The translations under genes were made by a program, and so were the position numbers. From contig JBAZXR010000001.1 of the NCBI GenBank assembly GCA_041659765.1, positions 787,338 through 851,337 of the forward strand: a DNA stretch of 64,000 nucleotides, in the 5' to 3' direction. The stretch comes from Patescibacteria group bacterium. Lineage in GTDB: Bacteria; Patescibacteriota; Patescibacteriia; UBA9934. The notes under the pieces are model-generated. The model had not been told where the DNA came from. It made no database searches and saw only the letters and a list, made by a program, of their open reading frames with translations. How positions within the stretch are numbered: the first letter of the stretch is position 1; every line of letters begins with the position of its first letter. Positions 10,610-19,826 of the stretch are shown here, one piece after another.

Positions 10610-11314
10610 ATGCAACGCTATTCTATTTTGTTCGGGATCCTAGGATTACTCGCCGGGCTGTCGCTTCTTTTTTATATCAATCTCTTCCCCAGCTCGCCTA
10701 AAATAACGCCTCCGCTTCCACCTGAAACCCTAGTTTATAACGTCGGCCCTGCGCATCAACTGCCAGGAACTGAAGCTATGCTCTACGAGAACTCGGCCGT
10801 TGGTATCCGTTTTGGTTATCCGAAGAGCTATGGAACAGTGGTGGTCGAGAAGCGCGATGGTGGAGTGTTCTTTTCGTTCTCACCAAGCGGAGTCTCGAAT
10901 GATCCCAAGCGCGTGTACTTTATGGCTGGGGAGTACGCCGAGCCGGTAGGTCATAACGGATATTGGGGCGATCTTTCTTGGTATGTACAACCGGATCCGC
11001 GCTGGATGGCGCAACCTGACGTTTGCGCGCTCTTCAAAGAAGCAGCCAAAACAATGCCCGCCTGGACAGCCGGTTTTGCAGCCGCCCAGTGTGAAAACAT
11101 TCCGCTAGGCCCAACCACCATGATGGCCAAACTCACTACTCCCCCAAACGCCACTTTTCTCATCCCCTCGTTTCACACCGCAACTGACGGTGTGACCATC
11201 GATATGTTCACGGCCTCGGACGAGCGTCTCCTAGGTAAAGAGGGTTTTACTGATCCTGCTGTGAATATAGAGCGTCTCGTTAAAAGTATTGAATTTATCG
11301 AGCCAACCAAGTAA
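10610..11314 (+). CDS. hypothetical membrane-anchored/secreted protein
   Basis: Start set at MQRYSILFGILGLLAGLSLLFYINLF (N-terminal hydrophobic anchor). Confidence 0.5.
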   Translation: MQRYSILFGILGLLAGLSLLFYINLFPSSPKITPPLPPETLVYNVGPAHQLPGTEAMLYENSAVGIRFGYPKSYGTVVVEKRDGGVFFSFSPSGVSNDPKRVYFMAGEYAEPVGHNGYWGDLSWYVQPDPRWMAQPDVCALFKEAAKTMPAWTAGFAAAQCENIPLGPTTMMAKLTTPPNATFLIPSFHTATDGVTIDMFTASDERLLGKEGFTDPAVNIERLVKSIEFIEPTK

Positions 11315-11325
11315 GCTCACCGGTC

Positions 11326-12363
11326 ATGTCGCCGAAATCATCCTTACTTCTCATGCTTCTCGGAACCACGGTCTTAACCGGGTTTCTTGTCGTGCCCCCG
11401 TTCACGAGCGTTACATACCGAGCAACCAATCCGACCAGACATTACCTGACGCTGGCGGGGGCGCGATCCGTTGAAGGAGGGTCGACGCATGGGTCGACCC
11501 CTACCTCCGCGACTATTCAATTCGTGGGCGATATCATGCTGGCGAGAAATGTTGAACAATACATTGCGACCTACGGCCAGGATTATCCTTTTGCAAAAGT
11601 TGGCGATCTGCTTTCAAATAATGATTTATTGATTGGAAACTTCGAAGGGACAGTTCGCGCAAAGCAAAATATCGAGGGAACGAATGTCATGTACTTTGAT
11701 ACAACTCCGGATAACGTGTCCATGCTCGCAAAACAGGGTTTCGGCCTCTTATCACTATCGAATAACCACGCGGATGACTTCGGTCGGGACACACTAGTGC
11801 TAACTCGACAGACAATTCTCGACGCCGGTATTACACCCTTTGGCGATGCCTGGGAAAGCGAGAAATTCGTAGCGCATAAAACTATCAATGGAATGAACTT
11901 TGCGTTTATCGGCTACCACGAATTCAATGAGAAGACCGACGGCGTGATCGAGGCAATCAAAACAGAGAAAGCGGCGGGAAACTTTGTCATCGTCATGCCA
12001 CACTGGGGAGTTGAGTACAAACATGATCCGTCGGGTTCTCAAGTTTTTGCGGCACATCAGTTTATCGATGCCGGAGCTGACGCGATCATTGGCGCACATC
12101 CGCACATTATTGAAACCGTTGAAACGTACAAGAACGTTCCGATCGTTTACTCGCTTGGCAATTTTCTCTTTGACCAGGATTGGTCGGAAGATACGAAGCG
12201 GGGCATGGCGGTTCGGTTAACCGTCGAAAACGAAAAGCTGACGCTCAAATTCGAACCGTTGTATCTCGAAAAAAGACAAATGACCCCAGCAACGGGAACC
12301 AAGAAGCAAGAAATGCTGGATGCGCTCGGGGTGACGACGGGAGTGCTCGAACTCAGTCGATAA
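11326..12363 (+). CDS. CapA/PgsA-family metallophosphatase-like protein (poly-gamma-glutamate capsule synthesis family) with N-terminal anchor
   Basis: 345 aa; GDIMLARNV..., NNHADDFG, GAHPHII motifs characteristic of CapA family. Confidence 0.7.
   Translation: MSPKSSLLLMLLGTTVLTGFLVVPPFTSVTYRATNPTRHYLTLAGARSVEGGSTHGSTPTSATIQFVGDIMLARNVEQYIATYGQDYPFAKVGDLLSNNDLLIGNFEGTVRAKQNIEGTNVMYFDTTPDNVSMLAKQGFGLLSLSNNHADDFGRDTLVLTRQTILDAGITPFGDAWESEKFVAHKTINGMNFAFIGYHEFNEKTDGVIEAIKTEKAAGNFVIVMPHWGVEYKHDPSGSQVFAAHQFIDAGADAIIGAHPHIIETVETYKNVPIVYSLGNFLFDQDWSEDTKRGMAVRLTVENEKLTLKFEPLYLEKRQMTPATGTKKQEMLDALGVTTGVLELSR
11479..11500. repeat. 22-nt REP-like hairpin GGGTCGACGCATGGGTCGACCC, in-frame inside capA-like gene
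   Basis: Identical to 8465 copy; translated in frame as (E)GGSTHGSTP(TS) in the linker between anchor and catalytic domain. Confidence 0.6.
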
Positions 12364-12386
12364 CCTCCTCCGCGAGATCGTTACCC

Positions 12387-13706
12387 TCAAGCCGGCAATA
12401 CTCTTTGATTCCGAAAAGACTGGGTGATCAATTTTGGATCAGTTTTTATTTTTGCGACACGGTCGGTGAATCGTTTGAGGGCTCCTGGACCTCCGTAAAA
12501 CTGACTCATCTCTTGAGCCAGCTTTCCAAATTTTGGCGCTTTTTCCCCTGCTGGTGCATAGACATCCGGATTCTCAGAGGCAGCAGCATAAATCGTCTCA
12601 AGGCTCACGCCCGCATCAACGAGTTCCCAAAAAGCCATACGCTCCGCCGCATACATCACCGGCGTAACACCCTCAAGAAAAGCTGCTAATAATTCCACCC
12701 TTGCTTCATTGATAGAAGTGGTGGTGGAACGATCAAAACTGAGACCAGTTTTTTGCTGACGCACCGAAACGGCTGGAGAAAAGAGGTCGGCCAAATAGGG
12801 ATCCGTGTATTCCGTTGTGGTCTGCAAGAAGTTCATGCCGTCGGTAACGTGCACTAGCTCGTGAAATACGATGTGATGCAACGAAGCCCGCCCATCTAGT
12901 GATTTCTTTGAGTTCCCGTACTCATCACTGCGAATGCCAAATTCTCTCGCATAATAATGACCGGCCTTCCAATCATGGGCGGGATCAAGACTATCAAGTA
13001 ATACAACATCTACGCCCTTAATACGACGCTCCAAGACTTCTGGAGATATGTTCACGTACTTTCCAGCCCTCTCGGAGGTGATCGCGGTCTGGAATTCCTC
13101 GACAATCGGTGATACCGCCTCACGCATCTCAGACTGTTCTGCTTCAAATCGTTGTTTTTCTGCCTTGAGAAATGCCTGAAGAATATTTAACGGCAATTCC
13201 TTTTCACCTAATACCTCGATAAAACGTTCAGTGTTAGTAATGTCGAGCCGTTCCATCTCGGTACGAAACGAGTCATTGCTAGCCCAAATTTCATCACATC
13301 GACGAGATAGCTCCACAAAAGAAGATGAGATCGCATGTCTGCCGCTTGGAAGTTCCAGCTTTCTACGCTCAATGATGGAGGAATAAAATCCAGCAATTCC
13401 CGCCTGCATCGCAAGGAGATCTCTTGCACTTTTCTCATGCGCCACGGAAATTGTCTCCATCCTTCGTTTCACCGCTTGCCCCTCTTCTGATCCGTCATCA
13501 AGCAGAGCCATGGCGCCACGCACCTTCTCTAACCCGGCCTCCATCCTCCGATTCCATTCCACTGCCTGAGTTAGATTTTCTAACTGAAACGTACCTACGC
13601 TACGCGAGTTATGCTTTTTCAATGTCTCCATCGCTTCTGTATTCGCCTCAGTTGTGTGCTCGGTTTTCTTGCGAGTACCCAAATCAAACTCAATTTCTCT
13701 CTTCAT
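12387..13706 (-). CDS. hypothetical protein with HExxH motif (possible zinc metallopeptidase-like)
   Basis: 439 aa; HELVHV motif; otherwise unrecognised. Confidence 0.5.
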   Translation of the reverse strand: MKREIEFDLGTRKKTEHTTEANTEAMETLKKHNSRSVGTFQLENLTQAVEWNRRMEAGLEKVRGAMALLDDGSEEGQAVKRRMETISVAHEKSARDLLAMQAGIAGFYSSIIERRKLELPSGRHAISSSFVELSRRCDEIWASNDSFRTEMERLDITNTERFIEVLGEKELPLNILQAFLKAEKQRFEAEQSEMREAVSPIVEEFQTAITSERAGKYVNISPEVLERRIKGVDVVLLDSLDPAHDWKAGHYYAREFGIRSDEYGNSKKSLDGRASLHHIVFHELVHVTDGMNFLQTTTEYTDPYLADLFSPAVSVRQQKTGLSFDRSTTTSINEARVELLAAFLEGVTPVMYAAERMAFWELVDAGVSLETIYAAASENPDVYAPAGEKAPKFGKLAQEMSQFYGGPGALKRFTDRVAKIKTDPKLITQSFRNQRVLPA

Positions 13707-13746
13707 ATTGAAGACATCTTACCACCAATGACTAACTTCGAACTAC

Positions 13747-14223
13747 CTAACCCAACAACCCAAATTCTTTGAGCGACGCCTCTATCCCGGGGCGTTTTGC
13801 TTCCCAGCAATATTTGACCAAGTCGGCTGGACTTCCCCACTTTACTTGTCTGAACTCTCCGTGGCCGGCAGTGTCCAAATAAAATTGCGCCCCGAGATGA
13901 ACCTGAGCCAAGAAAAACTGTTGTTCTTGTCCCACAAAGGCTCGAAAAGGATTCACCAACTGATAAGCCTCGGTCCATTCATAGCGGTGCTTCTTGGAAG
14001 ACTCGCCAATAATCTCAAATTCCTCAGGTGCAAGACCGAGTTCTTCGCCCAGTTCACGCTCGGCGGCTTGGCGAGCGGTTTCCCCAGGGTCAATTCCTCC
14101 CTGAGGCGTTTGCCAGGTACCTTCGTACTTCAAATCATTGCGTTCACAGAGGAGAACATGGCCTTTTCCGTCCGTGACGATAATGGCGGCGTTCGGGCGA
14201 TATTTTGGATCATGCGCTTGCAT
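13747..14223 (-). CDS. NUDIX hydrolase
   Basis: Nudix box GGIDPGETARQAAERELGEELG. Confidence 0.75.
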   Translation of the reverse strand: MQAHDPKYRPNAAIIVTDGKGHVLLCERNDLKYEGTWQTPQGGIDPGETARQAAERELGEELGLAPEEFEIIGESSKKHRYEWTEAYQLVNPFRAFVGQEQQFFLAQVHLGAQFYLDTAGHGEFRQVKWGSPADLVKYCWEAKRPGIEASLKEFGLLG

Positions 14224-14257
14224 ACGCCTGGAAGTGTACTACTATTAGAGAACATCT

Positions 14258-15787
14258 ATGAAAAATTCACTGAAGATAGCGCTTTTTTCTCTGCTGTTTG
14301 GGGTAATTGTGGACGTACTGTTCTATAAAGCCTTCGGCGTTGGGATCAACGTTCTCCTCATGGAAATCTCCTTCCTGGCCATTGCTTACGCCCTAGCCCA
14401 ACTCACTCATCACAAGTTGCCAACCAGTGCCCACGTCAGCGCCGTCCTCTCACTCGGTTTTTCCTTGCCGTTCATGCTGTGGAACTCAGAAATTGGTCTA
14501 TCGGTGGCCGTCATCGGCCTATTAGTCTCAAACATCCTGTTCGTCACCTTCCTAACTGGTGAAGATGCCCGCTTCCGTCATCCGTTTGAGTTGTTCGCAA
14601 TCTACGTACCACTCATTGTAAACGTTTTCTCGCAGCTTCCTATCTTTGCCGATTTATCGTTCAAAGTATCAGCCTCTGACAAAACAAAACGTATTCTGAT
14701 TGGGGTGGCTATTCTAATCCCGATCTTCATCCTCTTCACTGCGCTATTCGCTTCAGCTGACGCCGTTTTCCAATCATATGTGAACGCGCCATTTAAAGAT
14801 CTGGGCAATTTCCTACATCTATCAGACGTAGGCGAAGCATTTACTCAAGGAATTCTCATTCTCTTTGTAGCTATCTTCTCAACTCTCATCTTTGCCGCGG
14901 CTTTTTGGAACCGTATCGCTCCCCGCGAAAAGCACGTGCCCGCCTTCATGGGCGAAACCGAAAGTGCCGTTGTCCTCTCGGGCGTGATCGCTCTTTTTGC
15001 GCTCTTCCTCTTAGTACAGGGCATGACTATGTTTGGCGGTGAAGCAGCCATGCGCTCGCTCGACATGACCTATGCGGAGTACGCCCGCGAAGGATTTAAC
15101 CAGCTGATCGTGGTCGCCGTTCTGGTTGCCTCGCTCGTCCTTACCCTGCGCTACGTACACGGCGAACATGCTAAGAAGCATCTCCTAGTGTTACATTCGA
15201 TGCTGATTGTCGAAACCTTGCTCGTACTAGTCTCCGCTTTCCTGCGTGTAAACCTCTACATCGACACCTACGGCTTCACGCCTGAACGCCTGCTCGCGAT
15301 GGCGACTATTGGCACCCTTGGCGTGCTCTTCCTGCTCTTGCTCGGCAATATTATTCAGCGCGAATCGCAAGCGCACTTTGTCGAGCGTGGCCTGGTTGCC
15401 CTCGGCATCTGTGGACTCATGTTCTCCATGAGCGGACCAGACGCCATGGCCGCTAATTTTAATGTGAAGCGCGCAGAAACAGGTAAAGCGATCGACTTAA
15501 AACAAATCGCAGACTTGTCGACCGATGCCGATCCGGCACTCCTCAATGCACTCATGCTCACAGTCACCGGCAAGATTAGATTGGAACATCCGACCGACTA
15601 TCTTGGCTTCGCGTGTCGCTCCAAGCCAATGTATAACGGCCAGTTAGTTGATGACTGGCGCCTCTGGAATCTTTCCCTACTCAAATCCGGCTATATTACC
15701 GATGACATCAACACAACCATCAGAAAAATCGATAACTCGGCTCACTGCGAAGGTACCGGACTTCAATACAATCCAGGGGTAGAATAA
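14258..15787 (+). CDS. polytopic integral membrane protein (DUF4153/DUF4173-like, tentative)
   Basis: 509 aa with about ten hydrophobic helices. Confidence 0.55.
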   Translation: MKNSLKIALFSLLFGVIVDVLFYKAFGVGINVLLMEISFLAIAYALAQLTHHKLPTSAHVSAVLSLGFSLPFMLWNSEIGLSVAVIGLLVSNILFVTFLTGEDARFRHPFELFAIYVPLIVNVFSQLPIFADLSFKVSASDKTKRILIGVAILIPIFILFTALFASADAVFQSYVNAPFKDLGNFLHLSDVGEAFTQGILILFVAIFSTLIFAAAFWNRIAPREKHVPAFMGETESAVVLSGVIALFALFLLVQGMTMFGGEAAMRSLDMTYAEYAREGFNQLIVVAVLVASLVLTLRYVHGEHAKKHLLVLHSMLIVETLLVLVSAFLRVNLYIDTYGFTPERLLAMATIGTLGVLFLLLLGNIIQRESQAHFVERGLVALGICGLMFSMSGPDAMAANFNVKRAETGKAIDLKQIADLSTDADPALLNALMLTVTGKIRLEHPTDYLGFACRSKPMYNGQLVDDWRLWNLSLLKSGYITDDINTTIRKIDNSAHCEGTGLQYNPGVE

Positions 15788-15840
15788 AAAAACGCTCCCA
15801 ACCGCGAGGTTGAGAGCTTAGACAAGACTAACCGGTCAAC

Positions 15841-16542
15841 CTAGACGCTGGTCCCAGCCTGGAGTGATTCTTTGAGGGCGTTCACGAAACTTGTTTCGTC
15901 GCCCATCACCTCACACGGTTCAAACCGGCGGAGGATGTTTTCGTTATCGTCCAGTTCCATCAAACACTCGACCTTGATCTCCCCTCGGCCAACGGGATCG
16001 ACTTGAACCCGCAAGACACGAAATGGCGGTTCAGTCTCTTCGTTCCAATCCCACTCGTCCACCACCCCGACCGCCGTAGGCATAAAAATACCGGAACATG
16101 ACTGCACGTAAACCTGGTGACGATCACCCGCCTCACGATGGCGCAGGGTGACGATAACTCCGCCCTGCGGATCTTCGAGCACTTCCTTGAGCGTACTCGG
16201 CTTCGCAAGCAGAGTCTCGAAGTTCGCGACGTGCTTGGCATGATCTGGCTGGTACACGGTGAAGTTCCTGCGGAGCCCGTGGACGAGCAAACTGTCGTCT
16301 TGATTCCGACTAATCCGCGGATGTACCAAGACCGGCGGGTAGGTACAACGCGACCAGTAATCATTTCCGCCCTTACGCCCCGCCGGGCCAAGCACGAGCT
16401 CGGTCAGCCCACCATGTCCAACGGACCGGCGCACCTCCGTAATCGTGGCCAACAGGGCATCCGACTTGGGAAAACGCGGTGACAAAAGATCAATCTGAGC
16501 CCCCACAAAGCCCGACTTCAAAAACCGCTCAACGCTTTTCAT
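15841..16542 (-). CDS. hypothetical protein, G+C-rich, immediately 3' of tRNA-Leu(TAA)
   Basis: 233 aa ORF; no recognisable domain; composition differs from flanks. Confidence 0.5.
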   Translation of the reverse strand: MKSVERFLKSGFVGAQIDLLSPRFPKSDALLATITEVRRSVGHGGLTELVLGPAGRKGGNDYWSRCTYPPVLVHPRISRNQDDSLLVHGLRRNFTVYQPDHAKHVANFETLLAKPSTLKEVLEDPQGGVIVTLRHREAGDRHQVYVQSCSGIFMPTAVGVVDEWDWNEETEPPFRVLRVQVDPVGRGEIKVECLMELDDNENILRRFEPCEVMGDETSFVNALKESLQAGTSV

Positions 16543-16639
16543 GACTCCTCCCGAAGCGATTGTTAAAGAAGCGCGGGAAATTTACCAAGATAAGCAGAAT
16601 GTTTCAATACAAAAAACCGGGCGTTAAAGCTCGGTTTTC

Positions 16640-16726
16640 TGGTACCGGGAGTGGGACTCGAACCCACGATCCATTTCTGGAAGCAGATCTTAAGTCTGCC
16701 GCGTATACCAACTTCGCCATCCCGGC
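16640..16726 (-). tRNA. tRNA-Leu (anticodon TAA)
   Basis: Reverse complement GCCGGGATGGCGAAGTTGGTA...GGCAGACTTAAGATCTGC...long variable arm...GGTTCGAGTCCCACTCCCGGTACCA. Confidence 0.85.
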
Positions 16727-16835
16727 ATGCCGGAAATACTACCAAAATACCAGAAAAACCACAAGTTCAAAACTCCGCTAACCATTGACAAAAAGCATAA
16801 AAACTGCTAGTTTAATCACATGCAAGGAGGCATGC

Positions 16836-17384
16836 ATGTCCCAATCACCTCGTGGTCAGGTTATCAATGCAAGTGATCGTTTTACCGGTAAGAACACCGG
16901 CAGAACGGAGGGCTCTGGCGAAGTGAAGGAGTACAAGGATATTCACCGGCCGTCGCCACCAGCCGAGCACCCGGGCAATATTGCCCACCGGCTCACTACC
17001 CAGCTCAGAATGGAGTGGCCCAACCTTGGGGCGCATGTCCAAGTGCTGATTGAAAAGAGCCTAACAAACAAGGCGCTCGATCAAGCACAGGCGGTACTGT
17101 TGATCGAGGCGCTCGAGGCTAGGCAGGACGAGCTGGAACTACAGGATGTGTCCGCCAACAGGCTCCTTGAAGTCAAAGATCAGCGGTATGAAATGCTCCG
17201 ACATTTGATCGGCGCACCAAGAAGGCTAGAAAGGCAAGACATGCTATTCGGGCAGCCGTGCGATCGGCACATGTGTCCCGCTGGCATTGAACTGTCCGCC
17301 TTCAGAGCATCCAAGACTGGACTCGACGCCAGGACAATCATCATGTTCGTGTACCTGTGCATCGAATCTCAGCTCGACGTCTAG
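16836..17384 (+). CDS. hypothetical protein
   Basis: Start at ATG seven nt after aaggagg RBS; 182 aa; no recognisable domain. Confidence 0.5.
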   Translation: MSQSPRGQVINASDRFTGKNTGRTEGSGEVKEYKDIHRPSPPAEHPGNIAHRLTTQLRMEWPNLGAHVQVLIEKSLTNKALDQAQAVLLIEALEARQDELELQDVSANRLLEVKDQRYEMLRHLIGAPRRLERQDMLFGQPCDRHMCPAGIELSAFRASKTGLDARTIIMFVYLCIESQLDV

Positions 17385-17402
17385 AAGACGGGAAATCGAA
17401 AG

Positions 17403-17435
17403 GCCCCACTCAGCAGAGCGGGGCAATTTTTAATA
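17403..17435. terminator. bidirectional rho-independent terminator
   Basis: ggccccactcagcagagcggggc hairpin + ttttt, between convergent genes. Confidence 0.55.
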
Positions 17436-17441
17436 AACTTC

Positions 17442-17795
17442 TTAGCCCTGTTTCTGAACCCCAGTTCCAGCCGCAGCTGCTTCTTTAGCTGCCTGCTCCA
17501 TGGCGTGTTCAGCCACCAGCTTGGCCTGAAGTCTGGCTGCGTCACGATCTGTTTCTGCATCGATTAGTGCCTTATTCTCAGCGGATGATTCATCAAATAC
17601 CGCCGGACCGGTTTCCTCATCGCTCTTGGAGGATAGCTCGCCTGCCACAAAACCTGGACGCTCGTCCGAATCACCATATTCTGGTGCCATTTGGGCGTGC
17701 TGCTCTTTTGCTTCCGCTGCCTCTCTTTTAGCCTGCAACTCTCTAGCTAGCTTGTCTGCCTCTGCCTCATAGCTGTGCCCGCCTTCTCCTGCCAT
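17442..17795 (-). CDS. hypothetical Ala/Glu-rich acidic protein
   Basis: 117 aa low-complexity ORF. Confidence 0.45.
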   Translation of the reverse strand: MAGEGGHSYEAEADKLARELQAKREAAEAKEQHAQMAPEYGDSDERPGFVAGELSSKSDEETGPAVFDESSAENKALIDAETDRDAARLQAKLVAEHAMEQAAKEAAAAGTGVQKQG

Positions 17796-17909
17796 AATAT
17801 TTGCTTAGTAAATAAATAAATTCGCATGAAATGTACCGCTTTCAGAGTAGCGCCTTCAATAGCTTATCCCCACACCCCGTCTGGAAAACTGGAGTAAACT
17901 GCAATCAGT

Positions 17910-18920
17910 ATGATCGAAATAGACGCCGAGGAACCCCGAGCGGTAGCTCCAGAAGCTGTCGAGGAAGAACAGAAAATTGAACTCGGTCTGCGCCCTGAGC
18001 GGCTTTCGGATTTCATTGGACAAGATGAACTGAAAACGAACCTTGGTATTTTTATCGAGGCCGCCATGAAGCGCAGCGAACCGCTCGAACATATTCTCCT
18101 GTACGGAAACCCTGGACTCGGCAAAACCACCCTCGCCCATATCATTGCGCGCGAGATGGGCGCGAATGTACGTATTACGAGCGGACCTGCACTTGAAAGA
18201 GTCGGCGACCTGGCGGCTATTTTATCGAACCTCGCAAAAGGCGACGTGCTGTTCATCGACGAGATCCACCGGATGAATAAAACTATCGAAGAAGTACTGT
18301 ACCCGGCCATGGAGGATTACGCGCTCGATCTCGTGGTCGGCAAAGGGCCATCGGCGCGGACACTACGTCTCGGACTCGAACCTTTCACAATTATCGGTGC
18401 GACGACGAGACTATCGCTCCTCTCCTCACCCTTACGCGACCGGTTTGGTTCAACGTTTCATCTCAACTTCTACAATGAAGAGGACATGGCACGGATTGTG
18501 GCTCGCTCGGCGGGTATTCTCGAAGTGAGCATCGACTCCCCCGCCGCTAAAGCCATTGCGGACCGCGCACGACGCACGCCTCGTATTGCAAATCGCCTTT
18601 TGAAACGAGTCCGCGACTTCGCCCAAATCAAACATGACGGCTCTATCACTGAAGCGGTGGCAAATGACGCGCTCACCATGCTTTCCATTGACCCGCTCGG
18701 CCTCGACAACGTTGATCGACACCTCCTAAAGACGCTGATCGAGAAATTTAACGGAGGGCCGGTTGGTCTCGGCACCCTCGCCGCAGCTACCCAAGAAGAA
18801 ACTGAAACGATAGAGGAAATCTACGAGCCCTTCCTGCTCCAACTTGGGTTTCTCGAACGCACACCTCGAGGTCGAATGGCCACTTCTCGCGCCTACGAAC
18901 ACTTGAAGTTGTCGAAATAA
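17910..18920 (+). CDS. ruvB: Holliday junction branch migration ATPase RuvB
   Basis: [11 protein letters not shown] Walker A, DEIHR Walker B, overall RuvB collinearity. Confidence 0.9.
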   Translation: MIEIDAEEPRAVAPEAVEEEQKIELGLRPERLSDFIGQDELKTNLGIFIEAAMKRSEPLEHILLYGNPGLGKTTLAHIIAREMGANVRITSGPALERVGDLAAILSNLAKGDVLFIDEIHRMNKTIEEVLYPAMEDYALDLVVGKGPSARTLRLGLEPFTIIGATTRLSLLSSPLRDRFGSTFHLNFYNEEDMARIVARSAGILEVSIDSPAAKAIADRARRTPRIANRLLKRVRDFAQIKHDGSITEAVANDALTMLSIDPLGLDNVDRHLLKTLIEKFNGGPVGLGTLAAATQEETETIEEIYEPFLLQLGFLERTPRGRMATSRAYEHLKLSK

Positions 18921-18926
18921 GATTAA

Positions 18927-19226
18927 ATGTTCCTTCATGCTACAATTGGCTCATCTATGTCCTTCCCAGTAGCGTATTTCCTGATTCCTTTTGTCATTCT
19001 CGCCTTAATTGCCGGGCTGTTCCTGTTCTTTAACGTCTATCATATCCTCAAGTTTGGCATTGAATCTACTAGCACATTCGCTCTAGTCACCATCTACGTC
19101 ATTGGTTTTGCCTTTCTCTTGCTCATCAGCATGCTGCTCTTGAGCGGGTACAACTGGAACCAACAGATTGACCCGGCAGCCATTTTGCACCTGAACAATT
19201 CGCCCGCCAATAACTTCGGCCTATGA
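18927..19226 (+). CDS. small two-TM membrane protein
   Basis: 99 aa, two hydrophobic helices; upstream of bPH_2 gene. Confidence 0.4.
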   Translation: MFLHATIGSSMSFPVAYFLIPFVILALIAGLFLFFNVYHILKFGIESTSTFALVTIYVIGFAFLLLISMLLLSGYNWNQQIDPAAILHLNNSPANNFGL

Positions 19227-19795
19227 TGCGCTTAGAAGAATTGCCTAATAGTGAACCGGAAGAGAAGACTGTTCTGATGCTCCGCCGCCACTGGATAGAC
19301 GTGGTCCGCATGTTCTTCTTTTCCGCCATGCTCCTAGTCATTCCAGTAACTATCCTCATCTTCTTTTCAATAACTCAGACGGATGTCTTTGCTGACCCGC
19401 TCTGGGGACCGCTAGCCAGCGTGCTTTTCCTTGGTTATTTCTTCATGGTATTCATGCTCAGCGTTACAGAAATGACCGATTACTGGTTGGACGTCTGGAT
19501 TGTGACCACAGAACGGGTAATCAACACCGAGCAACTTGGCCTTTTTAATCGCGTCGTGTCTGAACTCCACCTTCGCCAGATCCAAGATATTACTAGCGAG
19601 ATGAAAGGCGTCTTAGAAACATTTCTAACTTTTGGTGATGTTTACATCCAAACGGCCGCCGCTAAGGATAGGTTTCAATTTAAAAATATTGATAATCCGG
19701 ACGATATCAAGGTAAAGATTACTGGCATGGTAGAAATCTGTAAGACGAAACATACGCACCGGGACGAACATACAGGTATCGTAGTAGAAAAATAA
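19223..19795 (+). CDS. bacterial PH domain (bPH_2/YdbT-like) membrane protein
   Basis: LMLRRHW start motif, two TM helices then PH-like domain. Confidence 0.55.
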   Translation: MMRLEELPNSEPEEKTVLMLRRHWIDVVRMFFFSAMLLVIPVTILIFFSITQTDVFADPLWGPLASVLFLGYFFMVFMLSVTEMTDYWLDVWIVTTERVINTEQLGLFNRVVSELHLRQIQDITSEMKGVLETFLTFGDVYIQTAAAKDRFQFKNIDNPDDIKVKITGMVEICKTKHTHRDEHTGIVVEK

Positions 19796-19796
19796 A

Positions 19797-19826
19797 CGAG
19801 TCCCGCAAGGGACTCGTTTTTTTATG
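19797..19826 (+). terminator. rho-independent terminator
   Basis: acgagtcccgcaagggactcgt hairpin + ttttttt. Confidence 0.65.

Noticed and set aside
16560-16781. 73-aa plus-strand and 60-aa minus-strand ORFs (16563-16745)
   Set aside because: Overlap tRNA-Leu(TAA); GSSPTPG-type translations are a tRNA T-arm artefact.
17864-18310. 148-aa and 94-aa minus-strand ORFs
   Set aside because: Antisense within the well-conserved ruvB gene.
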